From an uncultured Planctomycetota bacterium (GTDB taxonomy: Bacteria; Planctomycetota; Planctomycetia; Isosphaerales; Isosphaeraceae), in the NCBI GenBank assembly GCA_963845755.1, contig CAWJTV010000011.1, positions 768,001 through 832,000 on the forward strand: a DNA stretch of 64,000 bases, in the 5' to 3' direction. The stretch's first letter is position 1. The number at the start of each line of letters is the position of its first letter. Both the position numbers and the translations under genes were made by a program. Positions 26,560 through 38,290 of this stretch are shown here, piece after piece. A model generated the notes under the pieces. It was not told the DNA's origin. It did not search any database and saw only the letters and a program-made list of their open reading frames with translations.

Positions 26560-26950
26560 GAAGGAAAGAACTTACCATCGCCTCAGTCATAGCGACAGCA
26601 TACCGCCGTGGATAGCCGCGGACGGCACTCGAACAAACCGATGATACCAAAGTGCTTAGTCGGACACAACGTCCTTTGGGCGCCGGAGGGAAAGTTGTGG
26701 ATAACCCGGTCGGCGGTCCCGGCACGGCCGGCATGGGTGTGGCCGGGCGACGATTGCGCGTGGCCGGGGTCGTTCACGGCACTCGCGCCGCCTACCGATG
26801 ATCAACCGGTTATCGACAGGTTTTCCCCTGGGGCCTGTCGATCGTTTGCCCGCCGGATTGGGGCGATTCTGACGGTTGGATCGCGGGGCATCGGCCGGCG
26901 GGAGATCGGCCGAATCTCCTGGTTGCTTGCCGTTGACACCTTGGGGCGAT
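26560..26950. promoter_or_regulatory. DnaA-box cluster, candidate oriC or DnaA-regulated dnaN promoter
   Basis: Perfect TGTGGATAA (~26696), TTATCGACA (~26810), CGTGGATAG (~26607) in a non-coding stretch directly upstream of dnaN. Confidence 0.55.
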
Positions 26951-26979
26951 TCTCGCATGATCCGCCGTAGTCGAACGAC

Positions 26980-27210
26980 ATGAGGTGGTCCCCCTCATCG
27001 AGCTGGACGCTGCAATCGGCGATTGCCATCAACGACAAGGGCCCGATCCTCAGTTCCGGCATTGGTCCCGACGGCAAGCCAGGCACCTTGGTGCTGACGC
27101 CGGTCTCCAGGCCGCCGCCGGTCCCCGAACCGAGCACGCTGGCGTTCTTCGGCCTGGTGGCCGCGGTTGTAGCCCTTCGGAGGGCCAGGCCGCGTCGCCG
27201 AGCCGAACGG
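26980..27210 (+). pseudogene. C-terminal remnant of a HAF-repeat PEP-CTERM protein
   Basis: WTLQSAIAINDKG..LVLTP..VPEPSTLAFFGLVAAVVALRRARPRRR; no N-terminal part or signal peptide. Confidence 0.65.
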
Positions 27211-27238
27211 ATCGTCGGATCACGGAGGATTCGTCGCG

Positions 27239-28910
27239 ATGGGGGCTATGCGACTGGGAATGGTGCCGTTGGCCGGGCTGCTGGTCCTATCGGCCCTGGT
27301 ATTCTTGCCGGGGCTGGGCAGTTCGGGACGGTTGAGTTACCACGAGGCATTCGTCGCGCAGGGGCGCGCGGGAGATGCTGGACTCGGGAATCTGGGCCTA
27401 TCCGACGATCGGCGGATTGCCCTGGCTGGAGAAGCCTCCCTTGCCCTGGTGGCTGACCGCCGCGCTGGGCCGCCTGGCCGGCGGGGTGGACGAGACGGTG
27501 GCGCGGCTCCCCTCGGTGCTGGCCGCGACGCTGCTGGTGCTGGGGGTGGCCGCGGTCGCCGCGCGCGATTACGGAACGGGGATCGGCATGCTCGCCGGCG
27601 CCATTCAGGCGACGACAGCCTGGACGGTGTTGCGCGGCCGGCTGGCCGAGGCCGACATGCTGCTGGCCTGCCTGATCACCTGGGCGATCGTCGCCTTCGA
27701 CCGGATGCGCGATGACCCGGCCGATCCCGACGCACGGAGGGCGGGATGGAGTTGGGCGCGCTGGGCTTTCTTTGTGCTGCTGGGCGCCACCTCGCTGGTC
27801 AAGGGGATCGGCTTCGGCGCGGTGCTGATCCTGTCGGTCGTGGCGGCGGCCGTGCTCTGGCGTCGCGACGGCACCACGATGCGCCGGCTCCGGTTCCCGG
27901 CCGGCTGGGCCGTGGCGACGGCGTTGTCGATGGCGTGGCCATTGTCGATGGTGGTCTGGCACGGATTCGGGGCGCTGGCGCTCTGGACGACGCACGTGAC
28001 CGATCGACTGGCCGTACACCCGGGCGAGTTTGCCGGCGAGCGCTGGTGGGAGTACACCCCGGGCCTGTTGATCCAGGCGATGCCGTGGACGCCCCTGGCT
28101 GTGATCGGGGCCTGGCACTCGTTACGGCGGGCGATCCGGCCTCCTTCCCCCGAAGGAGGGAAGGTCATTGCCGGCGACCGCTTGCTCTGGGCCTGGTCGG
28201 CGGCGCCGCTGGCCTTGCTGGCGCTGGCCACCGTGAAGAACGCGCATTATGCGATCGCTGCGCAGGTCCCATGGTCGATCTGGGCGGCGCTGGGACTGGC
28301 GCGGGTGAGTAGCCGGCTGATCCGCCGCGGCCGGACGCCCCTTCAACTGCGGCGTCTCGCGGTCGCCGGCTTTGCCATCTTGGGATTCGTTACGGGATCG
28401 AGCTTCTGGCTACTCGGCCCCTGGGTCGACCGCCGCGGCGTCGAGTGGGCCTTCTACGAAACAGCGGCTCATCACCTGCCGCCCGGCGCGCCGCTGACCC
28501 TCCTCTACGACGACTGGGACCGCAACCCGTACGAGAGCCCGTTCGGCGCGTTCCCGCACGACCTGGCCGTCCGCTTCTTCTACCTCGGTCGCACCACCTG
28601 CTGGCACTCGGGAACGGAGGCTCTCGCGGCGCATCGACACGACACATCCCGTGGCACGCCGGCGAGCCCTGGACCGGCCGGACAAGACGAGAGTCGTACT
28701 CACGGAGCAGCCGATTTGCCCGCCATCTACGTGATCGGCCGCGATCGTGACCTGCCGGCGCTCGGGAATCTCGGCGGCGTGGAGGCCGTGGCCCAGGGAC
28801 CGAGCGGGCGCTTCGACCGGACGTATGCCTTATTCCGCATCATGCCCGCGACGAACCTCGATCCGGAGTCATCGGTCGCCCGCGCCGGCAATGAGGACAT
28901 TCCACGTTGA
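27239..28910 (+). CDS. ArnT-like glycosyltransferase family 39 (frameshift near 27365)
   Basis: HEAFVAQ..EMLDSG.W..PT..WLEKPPLPWW, ARLPS, multiple TM helices, LVKG. Confidence 0.88.
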
Positions 28911-29130
28911 CTTTCCGGCTCGAGCAGGGTTCTCCGATTGCCGGTGCGAGGAGTCGGTCTCGGATCAACGGCCGGGCGGCAACGCGGTGAGACGGGACGC
29001 CCCGCACCCGTGAGCAATGGGAATCTTCCCGATAGCGCTCACCCGAACCGGACCTTATGCTAGAATCGCCCTTGATCCGTTTTCCACCGATGCCACCCCG
29101 GGCGGAAGTGAGACGAAGCGAGGTGTGCGC

Positions 29131-30040
29131 ATGAGTACCGTATCGAAATCCGGGCCCAAGAAGTCCCGGAAGACCGACCCCTTTCGCTACGGCTGGCGGG
29201 ATGTGCGCGTCAAGTTGCCCGACGGGACCGTCACGGACGATACCGTGCCGTTGACCGAAGAGGACGTGCTCTTTCCCAAATTCGGGGATTTCATCGTGCA
29301 GACCACGCGTCACAACAGCGACGTGGGATACCTCAAGTATGTATTCGAGGCGCAACTGACGGGCGACCGCACGGCGGTCGTGATCTCGGATTGCCTTATC
29401 CAATGGAACCTGCCAGGCGTCCGTCCCTTGGGCCCGGACGCCGCGGTCTTCGTGGGCGTGAAGCTTCCCAACGAGTGGAAGACCTTCAACGTGAAGGCCG
29501 AGGGCGCGATCCCGAAGCTGGTGGTCGAGGTGACCTCGCCGAGCACGCGTCGGAACGATCTGGGCCGGAAGGTCGACTTCTATCATCGAGCCAAGGTGCC
29601 CTTCTACCTGATCGCCGACGCGGTCGGAGAGGCCACGGAACGCCGGATCGAATTGATCCTCTATCAGTACGCTCCCGAGGGATTCCGGCGGATCGAGCCG
29701 AACGCCCAGGGCCGGCTCTACCTGGAGGCCGTTCGGCTCTGGATCGGCGTCACGCACGACCGCCGGACCGGCTTCGAGCGGCTGGCGTGTTATGACCCCG
29801 AGACCGGAGCGGAGATCGGCGATTACCTGGCCCTGACGGAAGCCCACGCTCGTGCCGAGGCCGAGGCGCGCGAGGCCAAGCGTCAGGCCCAAGCCGCCCA
29901 GCGTCAGGTGCGCACCCAGACGAAGCGCGCCGAAGCCGAAACTCAGCGCCGAAGCCGAAGCCCAGGCGCGGGCGGCGGCCGAGGCCCGGATCCGCGAGCT
30001 GGAGGCCGAGCTGAAGCGATCTCACGGTCGCGGACGATAG
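29131..30040 (+). CDS. Uma2 family (DUF820) endonuclease-fold protein with coiled-coil tail
   Basis: PDAAVF..PKLVVEVTSPSTRRNDL..K..Y....VPFY; AEARIRELEAELKR tail. Confidence 0.85.
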
Positions 30041-30103
30041 GGCCCCTGCATCGAGACCCGCTTTCCCGAGAGACCGACTGCCTATCGAAGAGGAGACTCC
30101 GCG

Positions 30104-30844
30104 ATGATGACACTCCGATCGGACCCGAGCTTCACGCCAGCCCCGCTGTCCCCTCCTCGCCCGTGGGCCCTCGCGATCGCGGCCGCGGGCCTGGTCATCG
30201 CATCGCTCGGGTTTGGCCAGACCGCGAAGGACCAACCGGGCGCCGGGTCCCAATCCAGCAAGCTCGTCCTCTTTGACGGCAAGAGCCTCGACGGCTGGAA
30301 GAAGGCCGACTTGCCCCGGGCGGGCGAGGTCAAGGTGGAGGATGGCAAGATCGTCATGAAGACCGACGACTCGATGGCCGGCATCACGACCACGCGCAAG
30401 GATCTACCTACCCTGGACTACGAATTGACCTACGAGGCCATGCGGCTGGATGGCTCCGACTTCTTCGCGGCGGCGACGTTCCCTGTCGGCAAATCGTACA
30501 TCACGCTGGTCAACGGCGGCTGGGGCGGCAACGTGACGGGTCTCTCCAGCCTCAACGGCCAGGACGCGTCGGAAAACGAGACCACGTGCGTCGTCATGTA
30601 TAAAAACAAGACCTGGTATCGGTTCCGCGTCCGCGTTACCGGGAAGGTGATCCGCTGCTGGGTCGACGACAAGGAGATCGTCGCCGTCAACTACCAGGAC
30701 CGGCACGTGGGCACCCGGCTCGAGACCCGGGACAATGAACCGCTGGGCTTCGCCACCTGGCACACCAGCGGCGCCTTGCGGAAGATCGAGATCCGTCCGC
30801 TGAAACCCGACGAGGTCGCGGCGGCGAACAAGATCGAGGAATGA
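30104..30844 (+). CDS. DUF1080 (3-keto-disaccharide hydrolase-like) secreted protein
   Basis: Signal peptide, LFDGKSLDGW, DYELTYEA, GGWGG.VTGLSSLNG. Confidence 0.85.
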   Translation: MMTLRSDPSFTPAPLSPPRPWALAIAAAGLVIASLGFGQTAKDQPGAGSQSSKLVLFDGKSLDGWKKADLPRAGEVKVEDGKIVMKTDDSMAGITTTRKDLPTLDYELTYEAMRLDGSDFFAAATFPVGKSYITLVNGGWGGNVTGLSSLNGQDASENETTCVVMYKNKTWYRFRVRVTGKVIRCWVDDKEIVAVNYQDRHVGTRLETRDNEPLGFATWHTSGALRKIEIRPLKPDEVAAANKIEE

Positions 30845-30969
30845 CGCCCTCCGGTTGGGCGGAAGCGGGGGATCAACCTGCTAACGGCTCAAGGTGGTGA
30901 ATGAAACACAGGACTGGCCATGCTGTGCCGGCGGAGTCTTGCCCCGGCCACAGGGAGGTCCGGGACGGC

Positions 30970-32828
30970 CTAGGGTGCCCCGCTTGACGGGAAGTCGACG
31001 AAGAGAAGGCCGTTGACGACGTTATCCTTGAAGCAGGTCGGTATCGACGCGTTCACGTTCGGCGGCTCGGAGAACCTCAGGTCCACGATCCCCGTCGGCC
31101 GGCCGTCGAGCACGTCGAAGGCGATCTGGCAGAGTTCGGTCTCCTGGCCCGCCTGCCAGGGCCGCGGCGTGCCGGCGCCGTCGAAGAAGAGGATCAATAG
31201 ATCTTCACCCGACATGGTCCCGTTGAGGCTGACCGTGCCGGGCAGGCCCGCCCCGGGGTCAATTCTGACGAACCTGAGGGTGTCGGCGGGGAGGCGGACC
31301 TTCAGCTTCAACGAGCTGACGGCCACGTCGTTGCGCGGGCGCGCGATTACGCGGCAACGGGCCGGCTTGCCGAGCTGCACGCTGGCCGGGACCAGCCGGA
31401 GCGACTCTCCGAGGAGTTCCGACTGGCGGTTGAGGGTCTCCGAGAGCTTCTGCTGCAACTCCTTCAAGAGGACCATCAGGTTGGTACGCACGTCCGGCGG
31501 GGAGGTCCGCATGGTCCCGTAGAGTTCGAGGAGTACGTTCCTCCGGACGTCGAGCTCGGGCCTCAGCTCGCCGAGGGCCCTCAGGGCTGTCGCGTCGAGG
31601 CCGCACATGGACCGGAAGACCAGGCCGTCGCGACAACGCCACAGGAGTGTGGGGTTGGCCCAGGCCCGGTGGCCCTCGCCGAACTGCCCACGCTCGATGA
31701 CTTTCTTCCGGGCCCGGTTCAGCACCAGGTCGAGGCGTTCCCCGGAGAGCAACCCGCTATAGATCGCGCCCGAGAGGATCTCGGCGGCCTGCGACTCCAG
31801 GTCGAACTGCATCGCGATGACCGCGCCGACCGTCGTGTTCTTCAGCAAGTGGGCCGCGACCGAGTCGAAGCCGCGCTTCGACGACTTCGGTGGGCCTTGC
31901 GGGGCGGGCGCACCGGGTTGTTGGGCGCGGCGCAAGCGGTCAGGACCACGAGCCGCAGGTCGCGCGCGTCGTTGAGGTTGATCCCGAGATTCTCAGCACG
32001 GACCTTGTGCGACTGGGGGTCCGGGCCGTTCGCGACGGTCGGGTCAACGAACGCGAGGTACGCCTGGGGCAGATTGTTCTCGTCGGGCTCGACTCCGCCG
32101 TGTCCGGCGAAGTGGAGGACGTGCCAGGTGCCGGACCTGAGCCGGTTGTTGAGCTCCTCCAGCGTCGGCGGCTCACAGAACTCCAGTACGGCCTGCCCCC
32201 GGTCGACGGCCGGCTTCAGGGCGTTCTGGATCGCGAGCTTTTCCTTGGCCGTGTCGGCGGGCGGGAAGTCGGCCGGCGCCGAGACGACCGCCAGGTACCG
32301 GAGTGGCCCGGCGACGTCGAGGGGGCTGACGGTCGGGCGTTCCTCGAGCGCCCGGCTGATCGGGGTCGTGGTGTCGGTGGTGACGTACAGGGGAAGCGTC
32401 GCGGTCTCGGGCCGGCGGAGCAGCTCGAGCGGCAGGTCGGACAGCGCGGCCATGGTGTCCGAAGGCGTGTCGGCCTGGTCGGGGCTCTTGAAGACGACCA
32501 CGATGGGCAGGAGCGCGTGACTGCGGGCTTGCTCGTTATAGCATGCGTTGAGCGAACCCCTCAGGTCGGGCGTCAGGATCGAGTCCCAGACCTTGTGGCC
32601 AAGGTCGTGGAGGAAGTTCGAGTCGGCCCGGAACGCGGGGCTGCGGAGCTTCGCGAGGTCGGCGGCCGGCAGCTTCGAGGTCGTCACCCCCTTGTCGCCG
32701 ATCTCATCCGGGAGCGGGCAGACGTCGAGGTGGACGCGCCATTCCCGGGGCGTGGAGGTTGCTCCCGACGTTGGGACAGGGTCCGCCGGCGAGAGGATGA
32801 TGCGGAACTCGCTCGATTCGGTCGGCAT
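30970..32828 (-). CDS. CHAT (caspase-like) protease with helical linker and C-terminal cohesin-like beta-sandwich (frameshift near 31925)
   Basis: LSDLPLELL, HVLHFAGHG, LVVLTAC, AVIAMQF..WANPTL; tail ELCQIAFDV..IVDLRF. Confidence 0.82.
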
Positions 32829-32834
32829 CGGACG

Positions 32835-34085
32835 TCACTCCCGGGGGGTCTCGAGTTTCTTGGCGGCCTCCTCGGCGCGTGTCTTCTCTTGGATGAAGTG
32901 GGAGATCTGGCTCTGCGGCATCACGCCCCCGCTCTGACGGAGCTGATCGGCGAGCTGGTTCGTGAGCTTGGCCCGAAGCGCGGCTTCGATCTCCAGGGCC
33001 TTGCGCTGCGCCGGGTTGGCCGACGGCTGCCCTGGTCGGAAGTCGAAGGGGCGCCCGACCGGGTCGCGCAGGTAGAGGGCGAAGGCGGGAAGGTCGGGGA
33101 CCACCGCGTTGGCTGCGTCGGGCTGTCCAGCCCTCCAGGCCGCCTCGATGAGGTCGCACTGGGTGTGGGCGAGGGCCTTGTAGAACGCCTTCCAGAAGCG
33201 GGTCGAACGGTCACGGTTAACCTGGTACTGGTTCGCGACCATCGACGGCAGGCTGAGGGCGGACGACGACTGGGCGAGCCGCGGGAATCCGAGGATCTGG
33301 TAGTTCCTGACCTCCGACGGCGAACTCAGGCAGAGCAGGCCGACCGACGGGGGCAGCATCCCGGCGAGCCGCGAGGGGGTCACCCAGTCGGACAGCTTGC
33401 GCTCGTCCTCGCAGACCAGGCACCCCTCCCCACGGCTCAGCGCGGCGTGGCCGATGAAGTGCAGCACATGGGGCTGGTGTTCGGCCAAGGCCCGGGACAG
33501 CGGCAGCATGATGGGGACGCTGAATAGCGCTTCGAAGCCAGCTTCCCTGATCGCCGAGCGGGCGATCTCGATCTCTTCGCGCGTGTCGTAGCCCACCTTG
33601 ACATCCGGTGCGCTGGCCACGACCATCACCCGAAGTTTGGAGACAGCCTGCGGCGGAGGCGCCAGCCGGCGCGGGACCCACCTCGCGAGGCGATAGGCCG
33701 GCCGCAGCGCGAATGGTGGCCCGGCGCCATCGGTCAGCCACTCCCAGGGAAGCTCGTAGGGCACATGGGAGCCGCTGCTGATCTTGATCCGCAGCACCAG
33801 GGCGCCCTCAGGCCCCGGGGGCGATAGGATAGCCCGCCGTACCGCCTCCGGCAGCGCGTCCCAGAGGCGGGGGCCGCACTCGGGCGGGGGTACGCCTCGG
33901 ATACCGCCGTCCGGCCCGCGGCGTTCCCCCTCACGTCGCCACAGGCCCCCGGGGACGAGAAACGACCCGACATCTTCCGCCCGCTCCTCGAACAGGTCCT
34001 TCTCGGTGCGGCCGAGAAGGACGTGATAGGCGCCTTCCCGGCGCGGGGAGGGCGAGAAGTCGAGACAAAGCTCACGGAATGGCAT
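32835..34085 (-). CDS. CHAT-domain protein lacking the canonical catalytic Cys (pseudo-caspase)
   Basis: ELPWEWL, HVLHFIGHA, but LLCLSSP where L-[ST]-A-C is expected; FWKAFYKAL; FALY. Confidence 0.75.
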   Translation of the reverse strand: MPFRELCLDFSPSPRREGAYHVLLGRTEKDLFEERAEDVGSFLVPGGLWRREGERRGPDGGIRGVPPPECGPRLWDALPEAVRRAILSPPGPEGALVLRIKISSGSHVPYELPWEWLTDGAGPPFALRPAYRLARWVPRRLAPPPQAVSKLRVMVVASAPDVKVGYDTREEIEIARSAIREAGFEALFSVPIMLPLSRALAEHQPHVLHFIGHAALSRGEGCLVCEDERKLSDWVTPSRLAGMLPPSVGLLCLSSPSEVRNYQILGFPRLAQSSSALSLPSMVANQYQVNRDRSTRFWKAFYKALAHTQCDLIEAAWRAGQPDAANAVVPDLPAFALYLRDPVGRPFDFRPGQPSANPAQRKALEIEAALRAKLTNQLADQLRQSGGVMPQSQISHFIQEKTRAEEAAKKLETPRE

Positions 34086-34123
34086 GGGCGTTGACCCCTT
34101 CGTTGCGGCGCATCGGGCCGGGC

Positions 34124-35600
34124 TCAGAGCTTGTCCGCGAACCCTGAAATGAACTGCTTGTGACGGGCGCTGTTGTTGCCCCAGCGAAGGCCGAACTGGC
34201 CGTTGGCTCGGATCAGCTCCGCCGTGCGCTCGCCGACCTTCTTGAGGTTGTCGCTCAGGTCGCCCGCCTCGGCCGCGTCGTTCGCCGCCAGCCGTGCGGC
34301 GGCGGCGCAGTACCGTGGCCGGAGCTGGCTCGGCCGGTTCTGGCCCGACCTCAGGTAAGCGGCCGCGTTGCGGATCATCGCGTCGCTGCCGGCGGTGTAA
34401 GGGATGAGCTCGCGGACTGTTTTCAGCCTCAGAGCCGGCCGTTTCGAAATCCATGAGGGCGCGGAACACCGCCGGGAAGTCCGCCTGGAACTTGCGCAGC
34501 GGCTCCGGGTCGCCGTACGTGGCCCTCCAGGCCGCGTCGATGCGGTCGGCGTGCCTGGCCACCACGTCGCGCTGCGCTGCGGCGGCCGGCCCGTCGGGGA
34601 TGAGGGTCCGGATATAAGTGGTGTTCATGAGGATCCGCACATAGTGCGTCGGGTGCGGGTCATCCTTGTCGTAGCTCGTCACCTCCTTGGCGGGCAAGAG
34701 CAGCAGGCGCATCAGGGTGTCGGTGTAGGCCGGTCCGACGAGCTGGAGTGCGACGAGGTCGGCGAAGGTCTCGGCCTGCCAGTCCTTCCAGACGTCGACC
34801 CGGTCGTTGGGCGCGCCCGCGGCCCTGAGCTCCGCCTCCAGGGCTTGAAGCAGCTCGTCGCGCAGGGCGAGGTCGGATTCCAGGTCGTGCCCGACCTCAT
34901 GCGCGAGGGTGAGGAAGTCCCAGGGGGTCTCGGCGTGATCCCAGGGGAGCTCGATGACCGGGATCGGCGTGCGGTACTCACCGCGTCGGGGCCGCCTGAG
35001 GCCCTCCGGGTAGCTGCCGCGAACCCACGTGGCCGGCGAGAACTCGGACGTGAAGTAGCACAGGGGCGGCTCGCGGAAGTCGTCCCGCTGGATGATCCCG
35101 GCCGTCACGGCCTTCTCCATGGTGTCCCGGTAACAGTCGAAAGCGATGGTGTCGGCCAGCCAGAGCGAATCCTTGTAGCTCGGGTCGAACCGGAGCTGGA
35201 GCTTGCTGCGGAAGAAGTCCCAGACGAACTGTGACCGGAGGATCTGGTTCACCAGCTCGGACGACTGGTCGAGGTATTCCGTCAGTCCGCCGGCCGGCTG
35301 AAGTCCGTTGATCAGGTCGGCCTGGCCGTCCTTGAACACGTCCATGAGGATCTTGACGGCCTCGATCTGGCTGAAGTGGACGTCCATATCCAGGATCGTC
35401 CGGGCGCGGGTCTGCCAGTAATAAACTTCTGTGGGGATGGCGCTGACGCGCCGCCTCAGCTCCTCCTTGTGGACGGTGAGGACGGCCTTGAGCGGCTCGT
35501 CGGCCGTCTCGGCCAGGACGTCCGCCGAGGGGAGCGAGACACCGGCCAGGCCGATGGCCGCGCCGACCTGGCAGAGAAACTCACGACGGTCTGTCTTCAT
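34124..35600 (-). CDS. HEXXH zinc-metallopeptidase-like protein with Tat-like signal (frameshift near 34440)
   Basis: MKTDRREFL + hydrophobic stretch; LAHEVGHD, AETFAD, DPHP. Confidence 0.72.
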
Positions 35601-36139
35601 GAGGTCCACCCTCCGGAGGATCCAGCGTCATCGACAGGTCCTTGGCTCGCACGATGCGTCCGGCTCGAAGCAGGAGGCCGTGAACGGGTGCCGTGCCGGA
35701 TCATCCTCCCGAGCGGACGTCGCCCAGGGACGACCGGCAAGGCGTGGCTACGCTTCGCCGACGCGCTTCTCTAGGGTAGTCGGGAAAGCGCGGCTTTGCC
35801 CGCCAATTCTAGCCCAATGCTAGATATTGGTTAATGTGAACATTTGTAATATAATTGACAGCAGCCCCGATCTCGGCGCCGTTCGGCATGTAAGAACAAC
35901 TTGTATCGCACCCGGGCCGGGAATTGTCGAATTGAAGCCGAATCCCCTGCACTACGGGGAAAAAAGGCTGTCGCCGCGGATGGCCGATACACGATGAGCA
36001 ATACGTCGTCCATCGAATCGACCGTGATTTCCATGGCTTCAACACCGGTCTCCGTGCTATCCCGGAGAGTGCAAATCCTACCGCCCGTGCGAAAGTGCCG
36101 CACGGCTCGACCAATCGGCACGCTGGAGTCACGCCCATC

Positions 36140-37683
36140 ATGAAATATGCGCTCCACGATCTGACGCCGCTGTTGGCCTCCGCGGTGATGACGGTCCTGT
36201 GCGCCTCGGCAGTCGGCCTCCAGTGGCCGGTCCCTTCGCCCCAAGCCGTGACTGCGGCGGCCCAAGCAGGCGAACGCCGGAGCCTCTTGCTGATCACGGC
36301 GGGCCCCGGCCTCGACTACCGGAAGCTGGGCCCGGCCGTCGCCATCCACGACCACTATTATGAGAGCGAAGGGGGTACCTTGCGACATCGTCTCCTGGCC
36401 GTGCCCCGGAATGCCGATCTCTCCGGGCTCGAGGCGCTGCCACTGACGTACAGGGTCCTCGATCCGAGGCCCGCCGCGGGTGGCTACGCCTGGGTGTCCG
36501 GGGCGGCTCGGAACCGGCCTGGGATCGAGCGGGCGGGGGGCCGTGTGCTCCTGGAACGGGCCGGCTCGTCGCACCTGGTCGCGCTGCCAGAGCCCGGTGG
36601 GGAACGACGGCTGGCGGAGGTGCTCCCGTCCGCGCGTGTCCGGGCGATCGACCTCGCCCGGGAAATCCGCCCCGACTGGATCGCGCCGGGCGCCCCACGC
36701 GTCGACCTGCGCCGTAGGGCCGCAGGCCGTAACGCCCAGGTCGAGGCCCTGCTTGCGGGCGTAAGCGACGACGACTGCCGCCGGCTCCTCGAACAGCTCA
36801 CCGGCGCCACGCCGATCACGCTCGGCACGGAGTCGCGGTTGATCCGCACCCGGTTCGCCGGCGGAGACGATATCGTCCCGCTGACGAACTGGCTGGCGGA
36901 GGAGTTCCGGCAGATGGGACTGGACGCCCGGATCGACACGTTCCCCTCGTCGCAGGGCCGCGACCTGCCCCAGGTCGAGGCCACTCTCGTGGGGGCCGAC
37001 CTGAAGGATGAGTTCGTGCTGATCACGGCCCACCTCGACGCCGTCCGCGGGACCCCCGGCGCCGACGACAACGCCTCGGGGATCGCCGCGATGGTCGGCG
37101 CGGCTCGCCGGCTCGCCGGGCAGACCCTGCGTCGTTCCGTCCGCTTCGTCGCCTTCAATGACGAGGAGCAGGGGCTGGTCGGCAGCGTCAACTACGCGCG
37201 TCGCCTCGCCTCCGAGGGCGCGCGATCGCGGGCGTCCTCAACATGGACATGGTCGCCTACGACCGGGACGGCGACGGACGCATCCAGCTCCAGGCCAACG
37301 GAACGCCCGAAGGCGACCGGCTCTGCGAGGCGCTCACGACCGGCGCCCGCACCTACGCGCTGGCCCTGAACCTCGTGAAGGTGGTCGACCCGGAGGAGTC
37401 CAGCGATTACGCTGCGTTCTGGCGCGTCGGCATTCCGGCGATCAACATCGGTGACGAGTATTTCCTGTGCAAGGGCGACTGCGTCACGCCGCCCGACCGC
37501 GGGATCACGCCACCGAAAGGGGATTTTACCCCGTGCTATCACCGCCCGTGCGATCGCCTTGACGACCCGGGATTCCGCCGCGACCTTGTGCTCGCGGTGA
37601 CGCGCATGCTCATCGCCGGGGCGAGCGAACTGGCCGAGCTCCAGGCACCCGGCAGCGACCATTCGTCGAAGCCGTCGCGTTGA
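36140..37683 (+). CDS. M28 family aminopeptidase, secreted (frameshift near 37220)
   Basis: AHLDAV..PGADDNASG..FNDEEQGLVGS..NMDMV..SD..YH. Confidence 0.88.
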
Positions 37684-37739
37684 ACGAGGGCGTGCGAGGG
37701 ACAACGTCATCCTCCGAACTCCAGAAAAGGACCGAACCC

Positions 37740-38245
37740 ATGCGACCTCCCTTGACGATCGCTGCGTGTCTCGCCCTCATCGCCACCCCCGGCCTCGCGC
37801 AGCGCAACGGGTTGTTTACCTCGTTCGCCACGCCGAGAAGACCGATGACGCGACTGACCCCTCGCTGACCGACGACGGGGTCAAGCGGGCCAAGACGCTG
37901 GCCCGCATGCTGGGCCAGGCGCGCGTTGACGCGATTTACGTCAGCGGCGCCCGCCGTACCCAGCAGACCGCCAAGCCGCTGGCGACCGCCCTGGGAATCA
38001 CCCCGGTCGTCATCGGCGACGGCGACCCCCAGAAGACATTCGACGCGATCCGTAAGGACCACGCCGACGACGTCGTGCTCGTCGTGGGCCATTCCGACTC
38101 GGTGCCAGACATGATCAAGCTCTGGGCGCCGGGGGCCGACGCCAAGATCCAGGATCCCGAATTCGACAAGCTGTTCGTCGTCGTGCCCAGGCCCTCCGGC
38201 CCTGCGGGTTGGACGATGTTCCGCTACCGGATCGACTCGCCCTGA
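37740..38245 (+). CDS. Histidine phosphatase (phosphoglycerate mutase/SixA-like), probably secreted
   Basis: VYLVRHAEK..L...G..RA..RTQQT..LVVGHS. Confidence 0.85.
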
Positions 38246-38290
38246 GCGCGGGGCATCCGCGTGGTTTTCCAGAGTCGACATCGGCCAGAC

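Noticed and set aside
32835..35609. 924-aa metallopeptidase-CHAT fusion in the ORF track
   Set aside because: The middle is out-of-frame low-quality sequence; a coherent C-terminus ends at 34124 in another frame and a new ATG starts at 34085, so these are two genes
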